Source of the DNA: a virus
Reading direction: 5' to 3' (one strand)
Virus record (IMG/VR): IMGVR_UViG_3300010396_000002
Location: 32,001 to 96,000 of that record
DNA: 64,000 nucleotides
In this document: piece after piece, positions 56,383-63,768 of the stretch
Layout: every line of letters begins with the position of its first letter
Numbering within the stretch: the stretch's first letter is position 1
Position numbers and translations under genes: made by a program
Notes under the pieces: generated by a model
What the model was told of the DNA's origin: nothing
Databases searched by the model: none
The model's input: the letters and a program-made list of their open reading frames with translations, nothing else

Positions 56383-57134
56383 CGGCTGGTCTCCGTTGTC
56401 GGCCGACGACGCACATAGACCTCGGGCACGACCTCCTTGGTCCGCTCGCCCTTGAACTTGATCGAGCGCGTGTAGGGCTGCTCCGGCTTCGGGTCTCGAG
56501 GACCCAAGGGATCGCGCGGATCCCAGACGGTCCGCTTAGGCTTCAGTTGATGAACCGTCGGCGGCTTCGGCGTGCACGGCGGAGGTGCCTGCGGCGCTGG
56601 CTTCGGTGGCAGCGCCTTCGGGATCCCCAGCGCGGCGCGGAGAAGCTCGAACGCGTGCTCGCTCTGGTGCTGCTGCCCGAACTTGACCAGCGCTGCCCGG
56701 AGGGCCTCCACCGTCTTGGCCCTGTCCTTCCGGAGCCGCGGCGCCCAGTAGCCGGCCCAGTCCGCGGCTGCTGTTGGCGCGATGCCCTTGACCCAGGTGC
56801 GCGTGCCCAGGTTCATCTTGGCGAGCTTGAAGAAGATCCCGCCCACCGTGCGCCGGCGGGTCTCGTCCTCCGTCAGCATCCCGCCGATGCCCTCGAGCTG
56901 CTTGGCGTCGAGCACGAGCTGCTTGACCTCGGCCAGGCCCACCCACCGGAGCAGGACCGACACCGTCCACCAGGCTTCGCTCCGCCCCGGAGCCTCCTGG
57001 AGCTCGGCCATGATCCGGTCGGCTGCGGCGTCCCGCTCCTCGTGCGTCTCGGCCGTCCAACGGTCGGCCCTCGGATGCGTCCAGCCGTCGCCTTCGCGCT
57101 GGACGGCCCGCTCACCGTTCTGTAGGTTGTCCAT
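56379..57134 (-). CDS. PHAX-type RNA-binding domain protein
   Basis: LEGIGGMLTEDETRRRTVGGIFFKLAK resembles the PHAX RBD signature (GG-M-T-D--RRRT-GG-FF); GGAGG RBS. Confidence 0.75.
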   Translation of the reverse strand: MDNLQNGERAVQREGDGWTHPRADRWTAETHEERDAAADRIMAELQEAPGRSEAWWTVSVLLRWVGLAEVKQLVLDAKQLEGIGGMLTEDETRRRTVGGIFFKLAKMNLGTRTWVKGIAPTAAADWAGYWAPRLRKDRAKTVEALRAALVKFGQQHQSEHAFELLRAALGIPKALPPKPAPQAPPPCTPKPPTVHQLKPKRTVWDPRDPLGPRDPKPEQPYTRSIKFKGERTKEVVPEVYVRRRPTTETSR

Positions 57135-57184
57135 GTCCCTCCGCGGCGCCCGATCCCCCCCGGGCAGAGCCGGAGGGGCTTGGA

Positions 57185-57216
57185 AGGCCCGCCACGCAAT
57201 TTGGCGGGCTTTCTTC
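57185..57216. terminator. Intrinsic terminator-like hairpin
   Basis: GCCCGCCA-N7-TGGCGGGC followed by TTTCTT on the plus strand. Confidence 0.55.
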
Positions 57217-57331
57217 GTTCAGGGCGTTCGCCAGCTTCCACCGGGCAGGCCAAGCCTGTCAAGCTGGGACGGTGGTGAGGCTGGATCCTGCGCGGACGTC
57301 GAGGCGGATCGCGTACGTCCGGGGCGCGCTG

Positions 57332-57592
57332 TCAGGCGGCTGGTGGCGGGGTTGTAGGCGGGTGCTCGCGCTTCACCGCGATCTTGATGATCGCGGACCA
57401 AGCCAGCTCGCCAGCGCATCGCGCGACGTGGTCGCGCTCCACGCGCTCGTCGAACCGACCCGAGGCGACCTCGGCCTTGATCTCCCGGCAGGCCTGGCAG
57501 GAGTGCGTTGCCAGCTCGGCGATGCCTTGCAGCGCGTCGAGCGCGATGGCGAGGTGCCGCGGGAGCGCGCCGGTCTTCAGCGTGGAGGCCAT
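57332..57592 (-). CDS. Hypothetical protein
   Basis: High-GC3 ORF. Confidence 0.45.
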   Translation of the reverse strand: MASTLKTGALPRHLAIALDALQGIAELATHSCQACREIKAEVASGRFDERVERDHVARCAGELAWSAIIKIAVKREHPPTTPPPAA

Positions 57593-57665
57593 GCGGCTCA
57601 GGCTACCAGCGCAGCCTGAGGCCGTGGCGCTCGCGCGGCGAGGCGAGCTCGCCGCGCGGCACGCG

Positions 57666-57956
57666 CTACACCGACAGGGGATCGGGTTCGCCGAAACGCG
57701 ACTCGGGCCAGACGACGCGGTCGCCGGAAGCACCGATCTCCACGATGCACGCGGCCGAGGGATCGGCCGGGGGATCGATCGCAAGCCATAGGCGCGCGTC
57801 CTCCCATGTCCACGCGCCGTAGTCGCCGCCCGGGAAGCCCCGGCACTCGTAAGACGCTTCGTCGCGCCCCCCGTAGTAGGGCAGGGAGACCGGGGCAGGC
57901 AGGGGAGCGGCGACGGGCGAGCGGTTCGCCGCGGAATGCCACGGGGGGCGGTTCAC
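57666..57956 (-). CDS. Hypothetical protein
   Basis: 3' part of the ORF looks coding. Confidence 0.45.
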   Translation of the reverse strand: MNRPPWHSAANRSPVAAPLPAPVSLPYYGGRDEASYECRGFPGGDYGAWTWEDARLWLAIDPPADPSAACIVEIGASGDRVVWPESRFGEPDPLSV

Positions 57957-58123
57957 GGGCACGGGGGACGGGTCACGCCCCGCCGCAGAACGCACGGCGC
58001 GCGCCTCGGGCGACCCAAGGGCAGCACGGGCGAGATCGGGGCGGGACACCGTCGGCACAGGGCGCGACGAGGTACGGGGGACGGAGCGGGTAGAGCGTCG
58101 GGCGGCCATGATCGGGGCTCCTC

Positions 58124-58363
58124 TCACGCGGCACGGGCGATCCGGATCGCCTCGCGCCACGCCTTGACGTGCTTCGGCACGTACGTTGCGAATCCGGTCG
58201 GTTCGGTCTTCCCCCCCTTGATCTGCCTGACGTAGGCGGCGACGCGGCGCCCATGCGCCGTGTCCTCGGGCCGAATCCGGCACCGATCGAAGTCGGCGCG
58301 CCGTTCAGCGGACCACGCACGGGGGGAGGTCTTCGGGGCGGTAGCAGGGCGACGGGTTGCCAT
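58124..58363 (-). CDS. Hypothetical protein
   Basis: GAGG RBS. Confidence 0.55.
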   Translation of the reverse strand: MATRRPATAPKTSPRAWSAERRADFDRCRIRPEDTAHGRRVAAYVRQIKGGKTEPTGFATYVPKHVKAWREAIRIARAA

Positions 58364-58372
58364 CGGGGTGCC

Positions 58373-58603
58373 TCACTTCCGAAAGAAGGACGCGAGCGAG
58401 GTAGCCCCGACGGGCGCCGCGGCGAGCGTCACGGACACGGTCCCCCGCTTCCGCCCCATCCGGTCCAGAGCGGCCTTTGCCTGCTTCTCCCCGTCTGCCT
58501 TGTCCAGGCAACGGCCGGAGGCGAGGTACGCCCCGATCGGGGAGTAGAGACGCCACACGTACGGCAGGGGCGCGGGGGAAGCCTTCGGGGTCTTCTTAGC
58601 CAT
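58373..58603 (-). CDS. Small basic protein, first gene of the leftward operon
   Basis: Follows a promoter-like sequence. Confidence 0.55.
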   Translation of the reverse strand: MAKKTPKASPAPLPYVWRLYSPIGAYLASGRCLDKADGEKQAKAALDRMGRKRGTVSVTLAAAPVGATSLASFFRK

Positions 58604-58615
58604 GCCCGGAGCCTA

Positions 58616-58632
58616 TGCGATCCCCGTGCCAG
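58616..58632 (-). promoter_or_regulatory. Sigma-54-like promoter (leftward)
   Basis: CTGGCACGGGGATCGCA: GG-N10-GC. Confidence 0.55.
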
Positions 58633-59047
58633 GGGGGCAGACGCTACCAGGGCGCCCCCGTCCGGACAGGGGGAGCGCCGAGCATCGGGAAGGCTCGCCA
58701 GGGCGACGAGGGACGGGCGCCAAGGCGGGAACGGTCGGGCGGACGGGGGACAGGGACTCCACGGCGACGCCTCGCTCCTACGGGCGCCAGGGAGGCGCGC
58801 CCGGGGCAACGGGGCACGGGAGACCCGCCCGGGAGGCGTCCCACGATGCAAAGGTGCAAGATCCCAGCTTTCAGGGTTGAAAAACAGGGGGATTCGCTAG
58901 CAAGCGAGCACACTTACGGGGTCTCCAGCCTATCCAGGCGGCTCCGGGGAGACTTCCACGATTGCAATAACGGGGGGTCCGTCCGCAAGCGTGCCAAGTC
59001 GCGAGAAAACCCTTCAAAACAAGGTGAATCGCGCGAAAGCGAGCGGA

Positions 59048-59063
59048 CGGCACGCCACCTGCA
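59048..59063 (+). promoter_or_regulatory. Sigma-54-like promoter (rightward)
   Basis: CGGCACGCCACCTGCA: GG-N10-GC. Confidence 0.6.
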
Positions 59064-59073
59064 ATAGGGGTGA

Positions 59074-59920
59074 ATCGTCCGGCGCAGCAACAGGGCGACG
59101 GACACCGACGGACGGCCCCCCGCGAGGGGGGCACCCGTCATCCGGTCACCGGGGCGTGCGATGCCCCCTCCGATACGCTCCCGGGCAACCGGGGACCCGC
59201 AAGGGTAGGAGGGGTCGCTAGCTGCCAAGGGGCGCGCCAACACAGGGCGCTCCGTTCCGACATCGGCGCATCCCCCCGGACAGGGGGCGACATCAGGGGA
59301 GCGCGGGCGAGCTTAGGCCCCGCCTTAAACGACCATCCCCCGCAGTCATTCCCGCCCGGAGAACGCTACCGGGGCGGTGAGACCGAGAGCGCGGCTTAGC
59401 ACCCCGCGCGCGGCAGTCTCGCGATGTCGCGAGGCTACCAGGGCGACCATAGGGCAGGTTCAGAGACTGCCGGCAGGACCGGGCAAGCTTCCCAGTGCTT
59501 CTCTCATAGAGGCATGATGCGGCAAGGGATTCGGACCGGGATAGAGACTCGCACCGTGCGCCATGTCGAAAGGCGAGAAGCGGGCGAGCAAACGCATCGA
59601 TCGGAAGACGATGCCTGTTGAGAGTTTCGGGTGCGTTGCCCTCGGATATGCCGCGCGAAGGCGTGCGACGGTCGCAAGGGCGGACGATGACACCCGACGG
59701 GGAGCCAAGCACATAGGGCCCCGCACTCCAAACAGGAACGCCTCCTAAGCGAGCGGTGAAGGGAACACCCTTGAACGGATCCAGGCCCGTGCGGCAAGTG
59801 CCACACGGGGGACCATTCGAGCCCCTGTCACCGCGGGAGACTGACTCGGACCGACGAGCGGTAAAGCAGGTGTCGCAACCTGCACTGACAGACAGGGCGG
59901 GCGCTCTACAACGCTCCCCT
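59074..59920 (+). ncRNA. Candidate large (~850 nt) structured ncRNA or leader
   Basis: No credible ORF; GNRA-capped hairpins at 59115-59132, 59180-59193, 59195-59206 and 59594-59614; longer-range helices 59411-20/59463-72, 59628-33/59691-96 and 59753-59/59828-34. Confidence 0.55.
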
Positions 59921-59927
59921 GTGACAC

Positions 59928-59967
59928 GCGCAAACCCCCGACGTCGCCTTGACGTGCGGGGGTTTGC
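59928..59967 (+). repeat. Bulged-G hairpin element, copy 1
   Basis: GCGCAAACCCCCG-ACGTC-gcctt-GACGT-G-CGGGGGTTTGC. Confidence 0.85.
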
Positions 59968-59986
59968 CGATCGTAGGAGGCACACC

Positions 59987-60541
59987 ATGCTCAAGTCATC
60001 CGGGATCACGGTAGAGCGTCGCGACGCGATGCGGATCGCTCCCCAGCGCGCGGAGCAACTCCGCAGCCAGCGCGCTAACGGGATGTCGAGCCGCTACGGG
60101 CACGCCCCGGTGTGCAGCAACCAGCGATGCGACGGTGAATGTCGCCTCTGCTCGGCTGACGCCGCGTCCGCTGCCCTCGTTCCGGATGACGCGGCGGACG
60201 CTCGCGCCAAGCTAGACCGCACGATCCAGCGCGCGGTCCGTCGCAACTATCGCGCGACCACGACACCGGCGGTCGTGAAGCGCACGACAGAGACCAGCGC
60301 CATCGCAGCAATGCGAGCGGGGGGACTCGCGGATCATCAGATCCGCGCCGCGCTTCTCCAGCGGACCCCCGTTGAGACCGTCGTGAGGACCGCGAACGAT
60401 GTCCGGCGCGACGTCAGGCGCGCCAAGATCGGCGCGCAAGCGATCCACGACGCGGCGACGTTCCGCCGCACGATGCAAGCGGACGAGCGGCGCGATCCTC
60501 GCGTCTACCTTGACGGCGACGCGGTCGTCATTCCCACGTGA
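59987..60541 (+). CDS. Hypothetical protein (array unit 1)
   Basis: AGGAGG RBS. Confidence 0.7.
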   Translation: MLKSSGITVERRDAMRIAPQRAEQLRSQRANGMSSRYGHAPVCSNQRCDGECRLCSADAASAALVPDDAADARAKLDRTIQRAVRRNYRATTTPAVVKRTTETSAIAAMRAGGLADHQIRAALLQRTPVETVVRTANDVRRDVRRAKIGAQAIHDAATFRRTMQADERRDPRVYLDGDAVVIPT

Positions 60542-60542
60542 A

Positions 60543-60584
60543 CGCGCATACCCCGGGAGCCGGAAGGCTTGCCGGGGTTACGCG
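60543..60584 (+). repeat. Bulged-G hairpin element, copy 2
   Basis: GCGCATACCCCGG-GAGCC-ggaa-GGCTT-G-CCGGGGTTACGCG. Confidence 0.85.
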
Positions 60585-60600
60585 ATCGGAGGCACACACG

Positions 60601-60780
60601 ATGATCCGCACGTTCCAAGGCGAGTATTCTGATAGTCGCACGGCACCATGCGGCAACGGATGTTGCGACGGCGCTTGCATCATCTGCGATCCGCCGCGCC
60701 CGTGCCTCGGCTGCAACGGGAAGACGCGCGACGACTCCGGTTACTGCCGGAAGTGCCGCGAACGCAACGGCGACGAGTAG
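60601..60780 (+). CDS. Small Cys-rich protein (unit 2)
   Basis: GGAGG RBS; 9 Cys in 59 aa. Confidence 0.65.
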   Translation: MIRTFQGEYSDSRTAPCGNGCCDGACIICDPPRPCLGCNGKTRDDSGYCRKCRERNGDE

Positions 60781-60817
60781 CGCACACCCCGGGGGACTCG
60801 GTCCTGCCGGGGCTGCG
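60780..60817 (+). repeat. Bulged-G hairpin element, copy 3
   Basis: GCGCACACCCCGG-GGGAC-tcg-GTCCT-G-CCGGGGCTGCG. Confidence 0.85.
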
Positions 60818-60835
60818 TCGTTGAAAGGCGGAACC

Positions 60836-61441
60836 ATGACGGACCAAGTCACGGGCGCGGACATCGCGAAGGCCATGAGGGCAGCGGTAGCCCAAGCGAG
60901 GCTAGAGCAGCTCGCCGCGGACACCGAAGCGAAGTCAGACGCGGCGGACATCTCGCGCAAGCGGGCCCGGTCCTTCTTCGCGCGCCCCACGTCCAGCCCG
61001 AACCGCGCGCCCGTCGCACGGTCGACGGATGACGAGCACAACGCGAAGGGATACCCATACGAGATCCCGGGTTTCGTGCTCGCCAACGATCGCGGTCTCT
61101 ATCTCCCCCCTGAGGGGAGCTTCTCCCGCGAGCTTGACCGCGTGTCGCCCGAGATCGAGGCGGACATGCGAGCGAACCAGATCGAACGCGAAGCCAAGGC
61201 GGCGCAAGCTCTTGCCGCGGCAGACGCGGCGGAACGCGCGTACCAGCACGCGCTCGCGACGGGCGCACGCAAGGTCGCGACGGCGTGGGTTCAAGCGGAG
61301 CGCGCACGGGCGCGCGCGGAGCGCGCTGTCGACGCGGCGAAGCCTCGGCCCGTGTTCCGCTTCGCCGGACCGAGCGACGCAAAACACGCCGGCCAGATCC
61401 AAGCTCAGCGCGGCATCGTCAAGCTCCGCCGCATGTTCTAG
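60836..61441 (+). CDS. Ala/Arg-rich helical hypothetical protein (unit 3)
   Basis: AAAGG RBS. Confidence 0.7.
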   Translation: MTDQVTGADIAKAMRAAVAQARLEQLAADTEAKSDAADISRKRARSFFARPTSSPNRAPVARSTDDEHNAKGYPYEIPGFVLANDRGLYLPPEGSFSRELDRVSPEIEADMRANQIEREAKAAQALAAADAAERAYQHALATGARKVATAWVQAERARARAERAVDAAKPRPVFRFAGPSDAKHAGQIQAQRGIVKLRRMF

Positions 61442-61481
61442 CGCACACCCGGGGGCTTCCAAGCCGCCCGGGTTGCTGCGT
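61441..61481 (+). repeat. Bulged-G hairpin element, copy 4
   Basis: GCGCACACCCGGG-GGCT-tcca-AGCC-G-CCCGGGTTGCTGCGT. Confidence 0.85.
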
Positions 61482-61495
61482 GGAAGCGAGGCGCC

Positions 61496-61843
61496 ATGCG
61501 CAAGACCATCGACGTCGTACGGGACGTGATCATCGCCATCATCGAAGCCGACCGGGAGCCTGGCACGGCTCCTACCGGGTGCGCGATCTACGAAGGCGGG
61601 GCGACCATCCTGCCGGAGCGCATCCGCGGCCGCGTGCCCAGCAAGATCAGATGGACGGCGTCCCGTGGGCAGCACGCCTGGGAGGGCGCGCTGTTCACGC
61701 TCAAGGCGCTCGGCGTCGACATCGGCCAGCCGCTCAACACCGGCGACACGATCCCGGTGAGCTGCCACTGCGGGGCAACGGAGGGCCTCCGCGAAGACCC
61801 CTACGGTGGCGGCAAGGTCTGCCCCACGCACTACCAGCCGTAA
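61496..61843 (+). CDS. Hypothetical protein with C-terminal Zn knuckle (unit 4)
   Basis: GAGG RBS; CHC...CPTH. Confidence 0.7.
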   Translation: MRKTIDVVRDVIIAIIEADREPGTAPTGCAIYEGGATILPERIRGRVPSKIRWTASRGQHAWEGALFTLKALGVDIGQPLNTGDTIPVSCHCGATEGLREDPYGGGKVCPTHYQP

Positions 61844-61881
61844 GCGCACACCCGAGGGCCTGACGGCTGCTCGGGTCGTGC
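61844..61881 (+). repeat. Bulged-G hairpin element, copy 5
   Basis: GCGCACACCCGAG-GGCC-tgac-GGCT-G-CTCGGGTCGTGC. Confidence 0.85.
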
Positions 61882-61900
61882 CGTCGAAAGGACGGTCACC

Positions 61901-62074
61901 ATGTCCAAGCTCTGCGCCAGCATCGTCATCACGTGGGCCGCCGGCCTCGTCGCCGGTCTGCTCATCCGGTCCAGCGCGGGACAGCACGGGCTGCTCCCGA
62001 GCCTCGCGATCGTGGTCGTGTCTGCCGGGGCAGCGGGCGCCATCTTCGCGCTCACTGCGGGGAGCCGGTCATGA
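61901..62074 (+). CDS. 57-aa two-TM protein (unit 5a; below the ORF-track cutoff)
   Basis: AAAGGA RBS; MSKLCASIVITWAAGLVAGLLI...LAIVVVSAGAAGAIFAL. Confidence 0.65.
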   Translation: MSKLCASIVITWAAGLVAGLLIRSSAGQHGLLPSLAIVVVSAGAAGAIFALTAGSRS

Positions 62075-62373
62075 GAAAGGACCGCGTCATCAAGTTCTCC
62101 ACCGGCGGCTATGTGACCGAGAAAGACGGGCGCCGCCGTGCGAAGTTCACCAGGAAGGAGGCACACGATGAAGCTCGCAAGATCCGTGCAGGCGATGGCC
62201 GGTGCACCGTCGTGAGGCTCGTCCCGCCGGTGATCAACGTGACGATCAAGCTCCAGATCCGCGGGATGGCCGGTACCGTCTGGGACATGGTCGAGGACGC
62301 GCTCGATGCTGGCGACGTTCAGGAAATCTTCAACAGCTCGGAGACGCTGGTCCTCTCCGCCGTATCCGAGTAG
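62071..62373 (+). CDS. Hypothetical protein (unit 5b)
   Basis: ATGA overlap. Confidence 0.65.
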   Translation: MRKDRVIKFSTGGYVTEKDGRRRAKFTRKEAHDEARKIRAGDGRCTVVRLVPPVINVTIKLQIRGMAGTVWDMVEDALDAGDVQEIFNSSETLVLSAVSE

Positions 62374-62411
62374 CGCATACCCCGGAGGCTTCTTGCCTGC
62401 CGGGGCTGTGC
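62373..62411 (+). repeat. Bulged-G hairpin element, copy 6
   Basis: GCGCATACCCCGG-AGGC-ttctt-GCCT-G-CCGGGGCTGTGC. Confidence 0.85.
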
Positions 62412-62431
62412 CGTCAGGAGGGCTATCCGCC

Positions 62432-62773
62432 ATGAATGACAAGATCCCCGCCGTGTTCGAGAACCTGACCGCAGCGTCCCCGCTGGATGACCTCTGTGTC
62501 GCGGCCTATATCGCCGCCGCAAACGCTGCCCGCGAGGACATGAAGCCGCAGCGTGCGGGAGCGTGCCTCGCCTCGGACGATGCGACGATCGCTTACTTGC
62601 GCGCCCCATCGACGCGCTCCTGCCTGGAGGACTGGCTCCAAGCGTACCGGCACGACGAGGGCGTCCTGACCGCGCTGTCCGACGATGCACGCACCCAGGT
62701 GCTCGCCTCGGCATGGCGCGCATACGAGGCAACCGTGATGCAAGCGCGCGACGCTGCGCGGGCCGGTACCTGA
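62432..62773 (+). CDS. Hypothetical protein (unit 6)
   Basis: AGGAGG RBS. Confidence 0.7.
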   Translation: MNDKIPAVFENLTAASPLDDLCVAAYIAAANAAREDMKPQRAGACLASDDATIAYLRAPSTRSCLEDWLQAYRHDEGVLTALSDDARTQVLASAWRAYEATVMQARDAARAGT

Positions 62774-62812
62774 GCGCACGCCCCCGACCGGAAACGGTGC
62801 GGGGGTCGGCGC
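62774..62812 (+). repeat. Bulged-G hairpin element, copy 7
   Basis: GCGCACGCCCCCG-ACCG-gaaa-CGGT-G-CGGGGGTCGGCGC. Confidence 0.85.
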
Positions 62813-62831
62813 ATTGAAGGAGGCCGACACC

Positions 62832-63695
62832 ATGATCTGTCCTGGCTACGACGACTGGAAGACGACCGAGGACCACATCGAGGTGCCCGCAGGCTCCTCC
62901 CATGCGGCGCCCGCTGGCCGCTACCAGGGCCCCGACGCGGCCGGGGATCGGCCGTGCATCGACACGACGGGCATGACCGAGTCGGAGATCGCCAGGTACG
63001 CGGCCGCCGGCGCCGATGCCGTGGCGGAAGCCGAGGCGCTCCGAGAGGACCACGTCGACGGCGGCGAGCCGTTCGACCCGAAGGCGTTCGCCGCGGCGCT
63101 CGAGTTGGAGCTCGACCGGAACGCGGATCCGAACTGCACGCTCTGCAAGGGCCGCGGCGTCGTCGTTCAGAAGCACGACGGGCCCGGTGGCGAGCGGCTC
63201 ACGTGCGACTGCGTGCTGTCCCCTGAGCGCGTCGCCGTCATCGCTGCGGCCGAGGCTGCCGGCCACGAGAAGATCGCGCCGCGCGCGCGGGACGCCACGG
63301 CGGAGCAGCTCGCTGACTGGTGCGCCTCGCGCCATGCCGCCGCCGAGGTCGAAGGCCAGCGCGAGCTAGGCGCGGCGATCCGAGCCTACTGGGCGAGCGA
63401 GCCGGCGATCCTCGCGGTGCGCCGGCACCCATGGGCCGACATCTTCATCGCAAACCACGACGGGGCCACGTGCGGGACCTGCCTCCCGTCGGGGATCGAC
63501 CTGAGCGATCCAACGGTCGAGGTCTTCCAGGTTGGCAGCGACGGCTGGACGGGCCCGGTCACCTGCACGAAATGCGGCAGACCGATCGACGTCGTCGTCG
63601 ACGGGATGAAGGCCGTCGCCGATGGCAAGGACGACGAGTCCGTGCTGGCGGAGCTCAAGCCCGTCGTCGAGCGGCTCAACGAGAAGAAGGGCTGA
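62832..63695 (+). CDS. Acidic Zn-binding hypothetical protein (unit 7)
   Basis: AAGGAGG RBS; CTLCKG...CDC, CGTC...CTKC. Confidence 0.7.
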   Translation: MICPGYDDWKTTEDHIEVPAGSSHAAPAGRYQGPDAAGDRPCIDTTGMTESEIARYAAAGADAVAEAEALREDHVDGGEPFDPKAFAAALELELDRNADPNCTLCKGRGVVVQKHDGPGGERLTCDCVLSPERVAVIAAAEAAGHEKIAPRARDATAEQLADWCASRHAAAEVEGQRELGAAIRAYWASEPAILAVRRHPWADIFIANHDGATCGTCLPSGIDLSDPTVEVFQVGSDGWTGPVTCTKCGRPIDVVVDGMKAVADGKDDESVLAELKPVVERLNEKKG

Positions 63696-63714
63696 CGGTC
63701 GAGCGACCCATGTA

Positions 63715-63754
63715 GCGCAGAGCCCCGGACCGGCAAGGTCGCGGGGCTCGACGC
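63715..63754 (+). repeat. Bulged-G hairpin element, copy 8
   Basis: GCGCAGAGCCCCG-GACC-ggcaa-GGTC-G-CGGGGCTCGACGC. Confidence 0.85.
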
Positions 63755-63768
63755 CGTGGAGGTGTTCG

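Noticed and set aside
59457-59472. Group I intron R-element-like GTTCAGAGACTG
   Set aside because: Its complement lies upstream as a simple helix; no S element or interrupted host gene was found.
59753-59834. tRNA (7-bp closing stem, TTCGA)
   Set aside because: No canonical D, anticodon or T arm geometry and no CCA; folds better as a long irregular hairpin.
59928-63754. Classical integron attC array
   Set aside because: No RYYYAAC/GTTRRRY ends, elements (~40 nt) are shorter than attC sites, the bulged G and G-U pairs are on the top strand, and no tyrosine recombinase was seen in the window. Kept only as an analogy.
59928-63754. CRISPR array or plain intrinsic terminators
   Set aside because: Repeats vary in sequence and are separated by whole genes; no cas genes; no U-tracts follow the hairpins.
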